Part shown: piece after piece, positions 39,243 through 48,692 of the stretch | Layout: each line of letters opens with the position of its first letter | Numbering within the stretch: position 1 is the stretch's first letter | Virus record (IMG/VR): IMGVR_UViG_2861079508_000001 | Reading direction: 5' to 3' (one strand) | Length of the DNA: 64,000 nucleotides | Origin: a virus | Lineage: Duplodnaviria > Heunggongvirae > Uroviricota > Caudoviricetes | Program-made: the position numbers and the translations under genes | Notes under the pieces: model-generated | The model's input: only the letters and a program-made list of their open reading frames with translations | Databases searched by the model: none | Told to the model about the DNA's origin: nothing

Positions 39243-40491
39243 AACCACCAAGAATAACACGGTTTTTGACTGGATACCTACGATGTACTGGATAGCCCAA
39301 TGCGTCTGCACTATGCTCAATGCCACCTGTCTTATCCATATCTCGTGTTCCAGGCTTGTAGATGACTTTTTCCAGTGAATCAATCAAATGCTTGCACTTC
39401 GGATCGATATACAACCGGATATCTCCAGATGCGGTCATCAGCATTCGGTTAACAGCATTAACACGATCCGCAATTGGCGGGTGCTTTTTCGAATAATCGA
39501 CACGTAAGAATCCCTTCTCTTTGAATATGTCGACGTCAGACTCCCCGCGAGCATGTTGGCGATAAGCACCTGCCGGATCTGGAAATACCGTTATCTGTGA
39601 TTTCCAGCGCCAGAAGCGTCTCTCAAGCTCATCACAAACCTCTGCCGTGTTAGAGGAAAAGAGCACCAATTCATCAATTGCCCATAGCTCACCATTTGGC
39701 TGAGGTTGCAAAATTACTGAAGACATCGGGTCAATGTTGAAGTCCTGCCCTACCCATATAGGCAACCGAGGGTTGAACTGAAGCGGTTTTACATGCACGT
39801 TACGATCGAACGGGTAGTAAACGCGCCCGGACATGTTCTCAAAGCTCGCCAGGTACTCCTGAGCGAACGATTTCGGGTCCATATCGTTCTTAGCAGCTTC
39901 AATTTCCGCCGTAGGCACAAACGGAGAATCGGCAGTTACAAACTGCCAGCTCTTCCACTGTCCCTTTCTTTGCAGCTCTACGTTCTGGCCTATAGTCCAC
40001 AGTTTGTGAAATTCCGAGAAACCTTTTGGCGTACCAATGATAAGTGCACCGCCGCGTGTCGATGAAAGAGTAGGTCGTAACACCTTGTACCAGGTGTCAG
40101 CCTTCATATCCTGAAATTCATCAAGCACTACAAAATGCAACGCTACGCCGCGCAGAGTGTCAGGCTTATCAGCACCTTTGAGGGCGATCTCCGAACCGTT
40201 CTTCAACACGATTGTCATCGTGGTGTCGTTCTTTTTCCTAACCCACTTACGAGGCAGAACTTCCTGTAGATCGTCCCACAAAATCTGGCGAGCCATCTGG
40301 TAAGTAGGAGCGACATACCAGACCCTTTGCTTTTTTTCCTTTGCCGCCGCACGAATAATAGTGGAGATCGACAACCGGGATTTTCCCCAGCGTCGACCAG
40401 CACAAACAACTTTAAATCGATGCGGAGACTGGAAGACTTTCATCTGTCCAGAATGCAGTTGCACAAGACTGAGCGAGGACGGGATTGCCAT
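39235..40491 (-). CDS. terminase large subunit
   Basis: Walker A VVCAGRRWGKS and Walker B FVVLDEFQD in N-terminal ATPase domain; C-terminal nuclease-like half. Confidence 0.8.
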   Translation of the reverse strand: MAIPSSLSLVQLHSGQMKVFQSPHRFKVVCAGRRWGKSRLSISTIIRAAAKEKKQRVWYVAPTYQMARQILWDDLQEVLPRKWVRKKNDTTMTIVLKNGSEIALKGADKPDTLRGVALHFVVLDEFQDMKADTWYKVLRPTLSSTRGGALIIGTPKGFSEFHKLWTIGQNVELQRKGQWKSWQFVTADSPFVPTAEIEAAKNDMDPKSFAQEYLASFENMSGRVYYPFDRNVHVKPLQFNPRLPIWVGQDFNIDPMSSVILQPQPNGELWAIDELVLFSSNTAEVCDELERRFWRWKSQITVFPDPAGAYRQHARGESDVDIFKEKGFLRVDYSKKHPPIADRVNAVNRMLMTASGDIRLYIDPKCKHLIDSLEKVIYKPGTRDMDKTGGIEHSADALGYPVHRRYPVKNRVILGGSR

Positions 40492-41123
40492 TATTCGTCC
40501 TCCCCTTCACTTCCATCATCTGTCGCATCAAATTCGCTTAGAGCTTCTTCTTCCAACGTCTCAAGCAATTCGTCATCGATGATTTCAGGCTCGTCGTCTT
40601 CCTGACGTAATTTCGCCACCTGGGAAGGCGTAAGCTCACCAAATACCAGGTTCGGAATTTCTTCCTCGTCATTTTCCGCATGATCCATGCCCAATGCTTT
40701 GGACGAAACTTCAAAGCATTTTGCAAGGGTATTACTGGCTCTCTGTAAGCTCTTGAGAGAATCCTCAATCGCCCCTAAAGGCTTACCCTCACGTTTGGCC
40801 GTAGTGACTTCGACCATCACCATCTGCCCCAACGCATACGCCCAGCCGTCATAACGTGTACGACGTTCTTCTATCTTTTCCGCACGGGCTTTAGCGCGAA
40901 GCTCTGCGTCAGATTTAAGAGACTCACGAACCATCTTCCCAACAGAGTCCGCGCCTTTCTCTAATCCTCGCTTTTTGAAATGTCTGGAGAGTGTTTCACG
41001 ACGAATGCCGTACTCTTCCTCCAGCTTTGAGAGTGTATATTCGCCTGACGTCCATTTGGCTTCAGCTTCGGCCCACTCCGCTGGTGTCAGGCGAGTTTTT
41101 ACCTCGTCTTTTTCGACCGTCAT
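40491..41123 (-). CDS. terminase small subunit (putative)
   Basis: 210 aa with N-terminal HTH-like YTLSKLEEEYGIRRETLSRHFKKRG and acidic C-terminal tail; stop overlaps TerL start. Confidence 0.5.
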   Translation of the reverse strand: MTVEKDEVKTRLTPAEWAEAEAKWTSGEYTLSKLEEEYGIRRETLSRHFKKRGLEKGADSVGKMVRESLKSDAELRAKARAEKIEERRTRYDGWAYALGQMVMVEVTTAKREGKPLGAIEDSLKSLQRASNTLAKCFEVSSKALGMDHAENDEEEIPNLVFGELTPSQVAKLRQEDDEPEIIDDELLETLEEEALSEFDATDDGSEGEDE

Positions 41124-41163
41124 AGATCCCTCTAAAACACACAGAGCGCGTCCATGCGCTCTA

Positions 41164-41204
41164 AAACAACTTGTTTACTGCATTTTCTAACCAACTTGTT
41201 TTCT
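41164..41204. promoter_or_regulatory. two motif 1 copies (AAACAACTTGTTTA; CCAACTTGTTTTCT)
   Basis: In the intergenic region upstream of the small terminase gene and downstream of the wHTH gene. Confidence 0.45.
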
Positions 41205-41240
41205 GGGTTGTTTAATTAGGTCTGGGCATGTCTTATTAAG

Positions 41241-41295
41241 CCTGCTTCCGTATATATTTAATAAGTTACTTATTATTTATATATACAGAAGCAGG
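41241..41295. repeat. 55-bp near-perfect palindrome, copy 2
   Basis: Identical to 7091-7145; lies in the non-coding region just upstream of the small terminase gene. Confidence 0.6.
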
Positions 41296-41319
41296 TCTTT
41301 AAATAAGCTCCCAGACCGA

Positions 41320-41586
41320 TTACATCACCAGTAACTTCGCTTTGGCTCGACCTAAAGTGGTTAACCCAAGAGTTCGGCGGTGATAGCGATTGTCACTGCG
41401 TTGGCGCGTATGCCCTTTCTCCACAAGCCCCTTTTTTATCAGAGCGCGAATTGAGAACTGGATACTTTGCTTGGTTGTCTTGTACGGCAAAACTTCAAGC
41501 AATTCGTCCAGATCAAGTAGATAACCTCGCTCATAACCGAGATTGAGCGTTTTGATGATGTCCTTTTGTTTATCGGTTAACGTCAT
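41320..41586 (-). CDS. small winged-helix DNA-binding protein
   Basis: 88 aa; wHTH-like segment (QSIQFSIRALIKKGLVEK); adjacent to two operator-like motif-1 copies. Confidence 0.4.
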   Translation of the reverse strand: MTLTDKQKDIIKTLNLGYERGYLLDLDELLEVLPYKTTKQSIQFSIRALIKKGLVEKGHTRQRSDNRYHRRTLGLTTLGRAKAKLLVM

Positions 41587-41595
41587 GGCAAATCC

Positions 41596-42486
41596 TTATG
41601 CCGGTAAAGCAATTTCTAACGGTTTATCCAAAGGTTGTTTGTCGAATGCCAGCAGTGGCAGCGTGTCAGGCAGTCGACGACCAAAGTCAGGGTTTCGATA
41701 CACCCCATACAACGGAGACGTAAAGCTCAGGTTGTGAATGTCCTTGAGCAACTTCACAATGCAGGCCTCGTCCACCAGACTGTCGGCAATGTCCTGAATC
41801 GTCGTGCCACGATTCCGCCCAGCTTTTGCCAGGGAACTGTTCTTGTGGTAGTCCGCCACCAGATCACGCAGTGCACGGCGACGACGAGACTCGCTCATTG
41901 CGAACAACTCTTTGACGATCGCCTCGTTATCACCCGGGTCGGAACGGAAATGGCGCTGGAATACACGCAGTGCACTTTCATAGCTCTTCGGTCGCTCAGG
42001 GCGGATGAACTTAAACCCTGCTTTCATGGCGAAGGGATTGTATTTGCTCATCGAGGACTGGATCTCAATGATTGGCCGGTCATGCATCCTGCTAACCAGG
42101 TTAATCATTCGATAAGAGACGCCTACGCCACGATACTGAGTATCCACAACTGAGCGACTGATCACCGCAAAGTTGTTATTCACGTACCGACCCCAGTACT
42201 GGTTAGCCACGGTGGTATTAGTGGTTGGTTTCAACTTAGGAAACATGCGGTGGCGAGGTGCCAACAGTAGTTTCGGGTAAGCCATAACCACGACGCCCAC
42301 CAGACGGTCATCAAGTTCGCAGCGATAGTAAGTTGGCGCGAAAGGTTTGCCGTCTGTTTTGTAGTGAAGCGACTTAAGAGCGTGCCAGTCCTCTACAGTT
42401 CCCTTTGTAACAGTCATTCGCTCCAGAAAGTCCAGATGACGCGGAAACTCTTCAGGGCGGTAGCGTTTAATGATGATGTCCGTCAT
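41596..42486 (-). CDS. GNAT-like acyltransferase-fold protein (function unknown)
   Basis: Segment VVDTQYRGVGVSYRMINLV...NPFAMKAGFKF resembles GNAT acetyl-CoA binding motifs A/B; 296 aa with long extensions; 4-bp overlap with upstream gene. Confidence 0.4.
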   Translation of the reverse strand: MTDIIIKRYRPEEFPRHLDFLERMTVTKGTVEDWHALKSLHYKTDGKPFAPTYYRCELDDRLVGVVVMAYPKLLLAPRHRMFPKLKPTTNTTVANQYWGRYVNNNFAVISRSVVDTQYRGVGVSYRMINLVSRMHDRPIIEIQSSMSKYNPFAMKAGFKFIRPERPKSYESALRVFQRHFRSDPGDNEAIVKELFAMSESRRRRALRDLVADYHKNSSLAKAGRNRGTTIQDIADSLVDEACIVKLLKDIHNLSFTSPLYGVYRNPDFGRRLPDTLPLLAFDKQPLDKPLEIALPA

Positions 42487-43148
42487 GAATGGACCTCATC
42501 GTGACTACCATTGTGATATTCCACCTTCACGCGTTCTTTGTAGTGCTTGGTGATCTGCATATCCGGGCGCAGCGCGTTCTTCAGGTCTTCGTGAGTCGTC
42601 GCCACCATTACCGTCGCACCAACCTTTCGAGCGGCACGCTGGAGGTTAGACGCCACAACCTGAGCGGTTACACGGTCGAGAACAGCGCCGAACTCGTCAG
42701 CAGCCCACACTTTAGCGCCTGACTCAATCAGTTTGGCAATCTTGAGACGATATTTCTGGCCGTCTGACATTTCAGAAGGCTTGCGAACAAACAGATATGC
42801 ATCGTTCAGACCAGCCATAGATAACAACCCAAGCGCATCACTGGTCGTTTTGCCCAACTGATCGATGACGTTAACCTCATTATCGAAGGTAAAATCATCG
42901 ATGGAGGCTACAGACAGCCCTTCATCCTTCATCTGTCGTTGCAACTCGCGCAGCACAACGGATTTGCCGGAACCGGATTGGCCGGTGATGTACACCACAT
43001 CGCCCTGCTTCACTTCCAGCTCCAGATTGTCGTAAAGCGTCCACTCTTTTTCGTCCAGGCCAAGCCCGAACGACTCAGCGATTTCCAACGTGCGCGTGGT
43101 TTTATTTACGCGTGTCTGAAACGATACGTTGATGATGTATTTGCTCAT
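42483..43148 (-). CDS. soluble ABC-type ATPase
   Basis: Walker A GQSGSGKS, ABC signature MSDGQKYRL, Walker B VWAADEF, H-loop TTHED; no transmembrane domain. Confidence 0.6.
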   Translation of the reverse strand: MSKYIINVSFQTRVNKTTRTLEIAESFGLGLDEKEWTLYDNLELEVKQGDVVYITGQSGSGKSVVLRELQRQMKDEGLSVASIDDFTFDNEVNVIDQLGKTTSDALGLLSMAGLNDAYLFVRKPSEMSDGQKYRLKIAKLIESGAKVWAADEFGAVLDRVTAQVVASNLQRAARKVGATVMVATTHEDLKNALRPDMQITKHYKERVKVEYHNGSHDEVHS

Positions 43149-43813
43149 GCAGCCATCTCCCCGGAAGAGATCTTCTCCGCATATGCCACAAATGCGTCTA
43201 CCCCGCTTTCTCCCGTCATTTCTTCCATGTGGGCAAGCAAATCACCAACAACAATGGCAGAGCCAGCAGGGAGCGTTTTAAAGCCCAATACGTCGACAAC
43301 ACGTACTTCTTCCGCTGCAACTTCACGACTGATCTCGGTGTGTTCATCCTTCTGTCGTTTAGTTTCTTCGCCAAGATCGATAACTAGCGAGTCGGTGTCC
43401 ATTTCTTCTGTCATACTGCCAACGAGAACATTCAACTCACGCTCTTCAAAGCCGAAAACCTCGATATCGTCCAGAACAAGCGACTCAAGCTCTTTCTGTA
43501 GCTTAATTGCATCGTAATCAATGCTGGCAAGTCGGTTATCTTCAAGGCGCTTCGCACGAACCTCGTCATCACTGAGATCATCGCGAACAATAACCGGTAC
43601 GCGCTCAAGTCCAGCAAAAATTGCAGCCTCACGGCGGCCGTGGCCAGTAATAATTACGTCGTTCTTATCGACCGTAATTGGCTGGTCAAATCCGCGCTTT
43701 TTAATGGCTGCGGCTAGATCTCGGATCTGCTGTTCATCATGCTTTTTGGCATTCATCTCATAGGGAATAAGATCTGCCGGGTCGCGATATACGATTTCAA
43801 ACTTTTTGGTCAT
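43145..43813 (-). CDS. ParB-like nuclease-domain protein
   Basis: ITGHGRREAA motif (ParB/Srx box); start set at ATG overlapping upstream stop (TAATG). Confidence 0.55.
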   Translation of the reverse strand: MTKKFEIVYRDPADLIPYEMNAKKHDEQQIRDLAAAIKKRGFDQPITVDKNDVIITGHGRREAAIFAGLERVPVIVRDDLSDDEVRAKRLEDNRLASIDYDAIKLQKELESLVLDDIEVFGFEERELNVLVGSMTEEMDTDSLVIDLGEETKRQKDEHTEISREVAAEEVRVVDVLGFKTLPAGSAIVVGDLLAHMEEMTGESGVDAFVAYAEKISSGEMAA

Positions 43814-44493
43814 TACATACGCTCCTTGTAGTAGTCGACCAGCCACACCAGAGCCTCACCAGCGTTCTCCATTTCATTACCGGTGTTAATAGCCTGCTCT
43901 TTGATGATGTTTTTTATGGTTTCTGCAACACGATCTGACGCATCGAAAGTTACTTTGAAGCGCATGGTCTGATGTTCCGCACCCACACGTTCGGTTTTCT
44001 CTCGTTTGTCGGTATCGACAGGCTCATCACTACCACGAGACAACGCCTCCAGTGCTTCAAGGTCGATTGCCGCCTCTTTTGCTAAAACCATCGAGATTTC
44101 GTCGTCATACGGGGCGATTTCAGACAGTTGATAGTCAAGTTCTGACTGAATTTCTTCAATGAAGCGTTGCAATGCGATTTGGTCGTCTTCACCGTATCGC
44201 TCGTTGTCCACCAGTGACATCTGTTTAGCTACGACATCGCTAATTTTGCCCACAGAAAGCACCGGAACCGTTGAAATTCCTTGCTCAATAGCAGCACGCC
44301 AGCGATGTTCGCCGCCGAGGATTTCAAAAAATCCATCTTCAAGTTCACGAGCCAAAATTGGCTTAAAAAAGCCCAATTTTTCGATAGAACCTTTCAGTTT
44401 TTCAAAATTCTGCGCACCAACCGAATTGGTGTTCCAGGTATTCGGGCGAAGGTTGGCAACATCAACCTGCAAAATCGTGATTTTTACATCCAT
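43813..44493 (-). CDS. ParB-like nuclease-domain protein
   Basis: LRPNTWNTN and ILGGEHRWRAA motifs (ParB N-terminal domain boxes); start set at first ATG. Confidence 0.6.
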   Translation of the reverse strand: MDVKITILQVDVANLRPNTWNTNSVGAQNFEKLKGSIEKLGFFKPILARELEDGFFEILGGEHRWRAAIEQGISTVPVLSVGKISDVVAKQMSLVDNERYGEDDQIALQRFIEEIQSELDYQLSEIAPYDDEISMVLAKEAAIDLEALEALSRGSDEPVDTDKREKTERVGAEHQTMRFKVTFDASDRVAETIKNIIKEQAINTGNEMENAGEALVWLVDYYKERM

Positions 44494-44507
44494 TTTATTG
44501 CTACAAT

Positions 44508-44536
44508 ACACTAAGTAACCACTTACTTATTATAAT
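44508..44536. promoter_or_regulatory. motif 2 element in divergent intergenic region
   Basis: ACACTAAGTAACCACTTACTTATTATAAT between ParB-like gene start and helicase gene. Confidence 0.45.
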
Positions 44537-44575
44537 AGCCAAATAACATACAAAAGGCACTAAGGAAAGAGGTTT

Positions 44576-46135
44576 ATGACTGTTCGGATTGTATCTAACG
44601 CAGTAAATGCGCTTATTTCTGGCGCAGATGACAAGGTAAAGCAACTGGTGCAGCAAATGTTGAGCTACGAAGTCGAGACTGGCGACTGGAAGGGCACAAG
44701 CACGATGTTCAACTGGAGTAAAAACTCGTTCCCTGCTGGCTTTGCCAAGCCTGTAGCGGCGAACTTGAACAAGGCGGGCATCAAATGTGTTCATATCCGC
44801 AAAGACAAAGCCCCGGCGCTTGGTAAACCAAATCCGGCGGTTAACCCATTCCCATACAATCCTGATTATGCGTATCAGGATCAGACTGTGGAAACACTGG
44901 TTCGAGAGGGAATGATGATTGCGCAGATCGCTACTGGTGGCGGGAAATCTAACGTTGCCTGCAAAGCAGCTGCACGTATCGGTCGAATGACATTATTTTT
45001 AACAACCCGCTCTGTTCTGATGTTTCAAATGGCCGAAAACTTCCAGAGATCCATCGACTACCGCGCCGAAAATGGCGAACCGTGGTTAAAAGACCAAAAG
45101 GTTGGAGTCATTGGCTCGGGTGAGTTCCAGGTATCACGACATATCAACGTCGCTACAGTTCAAACTCTTGCAAGTTTCCTCGAAGAACCACCACGCGATG
45201 CAACACCAGATAAGAAAAGCTACCACCTCAAACGTCGGGAGTTGGTGAAACGCTTCCTTTCAAGTGTCTCTCTTCTTATTCTGGAAGAGGCGCATGAGTC
45301 TTCAGGCTCAAATTTCTATGACATCGCCAGATTATGTGTGAACGCAGACTATCGTCTGGCGCTTACAGCCACGCCGTTCATGAAGGATTCGACGGAAGCC
45401 AACATGCGCCTGATGGCGGTGGCCGGGCGAATTGAAATTAAAGTCACAGAAAAGTACCTGATTGATCGAGGCATTCTGGCAAAGCCGTACTTCCTTTATC
45501 ATAAAGTTGCCTACAAGCCAGACGAGGCCAGAATCAAGGCCGAACTTGCCAACAAACACCTCAATTTTAGAGTTGGTATGAGCACCGCCTACCAAAAGGC
45601 TTATCAGTTGGGGATCGTGTATAATTTGGGACGTAACGAGGCCATTGTTCGCGAAGCATTGCTCTATAAGCAACATTCTCTCAATTGTATGACTCTGGTT
45701 CGTCTTAAACGCCACGGGCAAATCCTGATGGAAATGATGAAAGAGTCCGGCCTTAGAGTTGACTTCATCTATGGGGAATCTAACCAGGCGACAAGGCAAG
45801 CAAAGCTGAACAGTTTAGCGTCTGGAGAAATAGATGTTTTAATAGGCTCGACTATTCTGGATGTCGGTGTTGATGTGCCAAGCGTTGGTGCGGTCATTCT
45901 TGCTGGTGGTGGGAAAGCAGAAGTTGAAATGAGGCAGCGTGTCGGTCGTGGCTTACGAGCCAAAAAAAATCAGGCAAACGTGTGTTTTATCACTGATTTC
46001 ATTGACATTAGCAACAAATACCTGTTGTCTCACTCTTATGAGCGAAAACACATCATCGACACCACACCTGGCTTTGCAGAAGGTGTATTGCCTATTGATG
46101 GAGCATTCGATTTTGGAGTTCTGAAACGAGATTAG
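44576..46135 (+). CDS. superfamily-2 DNA/RNA helicase
   Basis: Motif I ATGGGKS, motif II LEEAHE, motif III LTATP, motif VI QRVGRGLR; 519 aa; RBS AAGGAAAGAGG upstream. Confidence 0.7.
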   Translation: MTVRIVSNAVNALISGADDKVKQLVQQMLSYEVETGDWKGTSTMFNWSKNSFPAGFAKPVAANLNKAGIKCVHIRKDKAPALGKPNPAVNPFPYNPDYAYQDQTVETLVREGMMIAQIATGGGKSNVACKAAARIGRMTLFLTTRSVLMFQMAENFQRSIDYRAENGEPWLKDQKVGVIGSGEFQVSRHINVATVQTLASFLEEPPRDATPDKKSYHLKRRELVKRFLSSVSLLILEEAHESSGSNFYDIARLCVNADYRLALTATPFMKDSTEANMRLMAVAGRIEIKVTEKYLIDRGILAKPYFLYHKVAYKPDEARIKAELANKHLNFRVGMSTAYQKAYQLGIVYNLGRNEAIVREALLYKQHSLNCMTLVRLKRHGQILMEMMKESGLRVDFIYGESNQATRQAKLNSLASGEIDVLIGSTILDVGVDVPSVGAVILAGGGKAEVEMRQRVGRGLRAKKNQANVCFITDFIDISNKYLLSHSYERKHIIDTTPGFAEGVLPIDGAFDFGVLKRD

Positions 46136-46137
46136 TT

Positions 46138-46416
46138 ATGAGCGAAAAGAAAACAACTTATTGTCAGGTAGCATTGTCTGATAAGGCCAATGACAAACTT
46201 GGAAAGTTTCAAGTGAAACTAAAAGAAAAAAATATCAAAATGTCTAAGGCTGAAGTCATAAATACCATTCTGGAACAATTGACAATGGCCGACTTTGACA
46301 AGGTTATATCTTCTGTCGGGGCTTCCGCTAAGACTCGTGAGAAAATCATGCGTATCTATGAGAACTCTAATATGACAAAGGAAGATCTCGAAACGCTATT
46401 AAGCAGATTAAAATAA
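46138..46416 (+). CDS. hypothetical small protein
   Basis: 92 aa starting 3 nt after helicase stop; charged helical; possible DNA-binding. Confidence 0.4.
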   Translation: MSEKKTTYCQVALSDKANDKLGKFQVKLKEKNIKMSKAEVINTILEQLTMADFDKVISSVGASAKTREKIMRIYENSNMTKEDLETLLSRLK

Positions 46417-46484
46417 TCACGCTATCAATTAGGGAGACAAAGATGAAGTCTCCCATACTGTTCACTTTCTGTTCTAAAACTATC

Positions 46485-46907
46485 ATGAAATACTCGCTTC
46501 TCCCTCTACTAACGTTACCAGTGTTGATGCTTACCGCGTGCCAATCACGCCCAATATCAATCCATGACGCCAAACCAGCACCGCAGGCCAAAGTGTTCAA
46601 GTATCAAAGCGCAGCGCCAGCTACGTTGGTGGTAATGAGAGACACAGGTTTTGTAGGAGCTGGATGTGATGCTTCCATTTTCATCAACGGCGAAACTGTC
46701 GCAAAACTGGCTACAGGCGAAAAAGCGACTTTCCATTTAAATGCCGGAGAATTAATTGTGGGTGCATCTCTTGAAGGTGCAGGTTTATGTGCTCTAAACC
46801 CCGCTCGTCAAGAGCGAGAAACGACTCTGAAGAATGGAGACACAAAAGCGTTCAGGGTGTTCACCAGCAATTCTGGTGACATCGACATTCTGCCAACAAC
46901 TCTGTGA
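46485..46907 (+). CDS. putative lipoprotein
   Basis: Internal start gives signal peptide MKYSLLPLLTLPVLMLTAC with lipobox LTAC. Confidence 0.5.
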   Translation: MKYSLLPLLTLPVLMLTACQSRPISIHDAKPAPQAKVFKYQSAAPATLVVMRDTGFVGAGCDASIFINGETVAKLATGEKATFHLNAGELIVGASLEGAGLCALNPARQERETTLKNGDTKAFRVFTSNSGDIDILPTTL

Positions 46908-46911
46908 TGAC

Positions 46912-47436
46912 ATGACAACCAAAGATATTACCTACGGTATCCAAGCTGAACTCTGGCCGCGAGATTACACTAACGTTGAAAAACTACTGATGTTCTGGCG
47001 CAGAGAACAAATTCCTGTAAGGGTCACTCTCGAAGATGGCCAGGCGTTTTGCATGTACGTTTATGGCCTCATGCCATCTCGTAACAAAGTTGACCTTTGC
47101 CCAGCCCCTTTTGACAAAGAAAATCGTATAAGGCTCCCACTTGAACGCATTAGTACAATTGAATCAGGTGTGGTTGACAGTATCGCTCACGATTTCAAAG
47201 GTCGACTAACAGTTCACCCTGATTATGTCGATAATCGGCCATCACGCCGCGATTTTTTTGCAATTTGCAACCAAGCCTACAAAGCAAACAAATCTATAAG
47301 GGTGTACATGGCGGATGGCCGTGAAATTGAGGGGGTGTCAGCAGGCGCAGATGCTTGTCAGGTTACACTACGTGTCGAGAACGGTAGAAAAATAGTTGTT
47401 TTGTTCGATTGGGTTGAACGAATTTTGCCTTTTTGA
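46912..47436 (+). CDS. hypothetical protein
   Basis: Start trimmed to first ATG after upstream stop; ~175 aa. Confidence 0.4.
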   Translation: MTTKDITYGIQAELWPRDYTNVEKLLMFWRREQIPVRVTLEDGQAFCMYVYGLMPSRNKVDLCPAPFDKENRIRLPLERISTIESGVVDSIAHDFKGRLTVHPDYVDNRPSRRDFFAICNQAYKANKSIRVYMADGREIEGVSAGADACQVTLRVENGRKIVVLFDWVERILPF

Positions 47437-47439
47437 GTT

Positions 47440-47748
47440 ATGAAATCGATATTGTTACCACCATTATTTTTACTTTGCTCAGTTACGGCAAATGCAATGG
47501 ACTATAAGCCTGTCATTCAGTCGCTGATGAATGACGTGTGCTCAACGTCTCAGAATGTATCAGTTTGCATGTATCAATTTTCGGCAGCCGTAAAAGCAGG
47601 AAAAGCGATAGGTGAGAATGTGGAACTGTGTAAGAAAGTGGCAAATGAAGAAAGGGCAATGTTGGATTGCGAATCTAGCGAGTCATCGGCACAGTTCGTT
47701 GATGCGCTATTTGACACCAATCGTAAGGCTGTAGAGTCTGTTCAATAA
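47440..47748 (+). CDS. small secreted Cys-containing protein
   Basis: Signal peptide MKSILLPPLFLLCSVTANA; 4 further Cys; followed by hairpin terminator. Confidence 0.5.
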   Translation: MKSILLPPLFLLCSVTANAMDYKPVIQSLMNDVCSTSQNVSVCMYQFSAAVKAGKAIGENVELCKKVANEERAMLDCESSESSAQFVDALFDTNRKAVESVQ

Positions 47749-47760
47749 ATCTATAAGGTT

Positions 47761-47790
47761 AATAACCGGCTAAGTCCGGTTATTATTTTT
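47761..47790 (+). terminator. rho-independent terminator after gene 47440..47748
   Basis: AATAACCGG-CTAAGT-CCGGTTATT followed by ATTTTT. Confidence 0.55.
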
Positions 47791-48030
47791 CACATCACTT
47801 CTTTATATCTACAAATCAAATAACCTAAATATATATAAGGTCTAAAGCCGCAATCGATTATTTATTTAGGGAACACCTTCGACGATCTCGCTTTTATTTC
47901 TAGGACTTTCATCCCTGCAAAAAATTTTAAAAAACACTTGCAATCTATTTTCGCGTATCGATAATTGAGCTCGTCGAAAGCGAAGACGCTAACGACAATA
48001 AATTTTAAATTTACATAAGGAAAAATTATC

Positions 48031-48681
48031 ATGGCTAACATTATCATTTCTAAAAAATCCATCATTGAAGCTGCTTCCATTGTATCCGATGAACTGCGCG
48101 AAAAAGCAGATCTGGCAACTCAAACATATAACGAACATTATAAAAATGGTACGCACACTAAAGCAGACAAAGCAAATATGCAAGCTGCGACCACTAAACT
48201 TGCTTACTTCATCAACAACGTCGTAAACGCAGTAGAAGACGAAAAATTATGCTCTGTTTTCTACTATGCGATTAAAGCAAGCAAACAAGCGCCAGAAGTA
48301 TTTTTCCGTGATGCAATGACTAATAGTTATTCTCTGGAAAAACTGGTTTATCTGGTTAAATCAATTAAATCTGGTAAATGCGTTTATTCCATCGCTGATA
48401 TGTCAGGATCTCGTGTATTCGCTTTAATCGATATGATTAACGACGAGATCGACACGTTCACCAATGGCGCTGTTTTCGATTTAATGAATGAAGCTAAAAA
48501 AGCGTGCGAAATTAAATTGGACGCTGGCTATACTCAAGCCAACCAGTTGATCAATCTTTGCGAACGTCTTGGACTTGTTGAGAAAGTCAAAGGAATGGGA
48601 AGCGCAAAAGCTGGTACACAGCAATATCGCTTTATCAAGAATGATTTCTACAATTATTTAGCTGATGCTTTTAAAGCGTAA
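48031..48681 (+). CDS. hypothetical protein
   Basis: 216 aa; preceded by TTGCAA-N16-GATAAT promoter-like sequence and followed by GCGCCCACTATGGGCGC hairpin. Confidence 0.5.
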   Translation: MANIIISKKSIIEAASIVSDELREKADLATQTYNEHYKNGTHTKADKANMQAATTKLAYFINNVVNAVEDEKLCSVFYYAIKASKQAPEVFFRDAMTNSYSLEKLVYLVKSIKSGKCVYSIADMSGSRVFALIDMINDEIDTFTNGAVFDLMNEAKKACEIKLDAGYTQANQLINLCERLGLVEKVKGMGSAKAGTQQYRFIKNDFYNYLADAFKA

Positions 48682-48692
48682 TTAATGGAATC

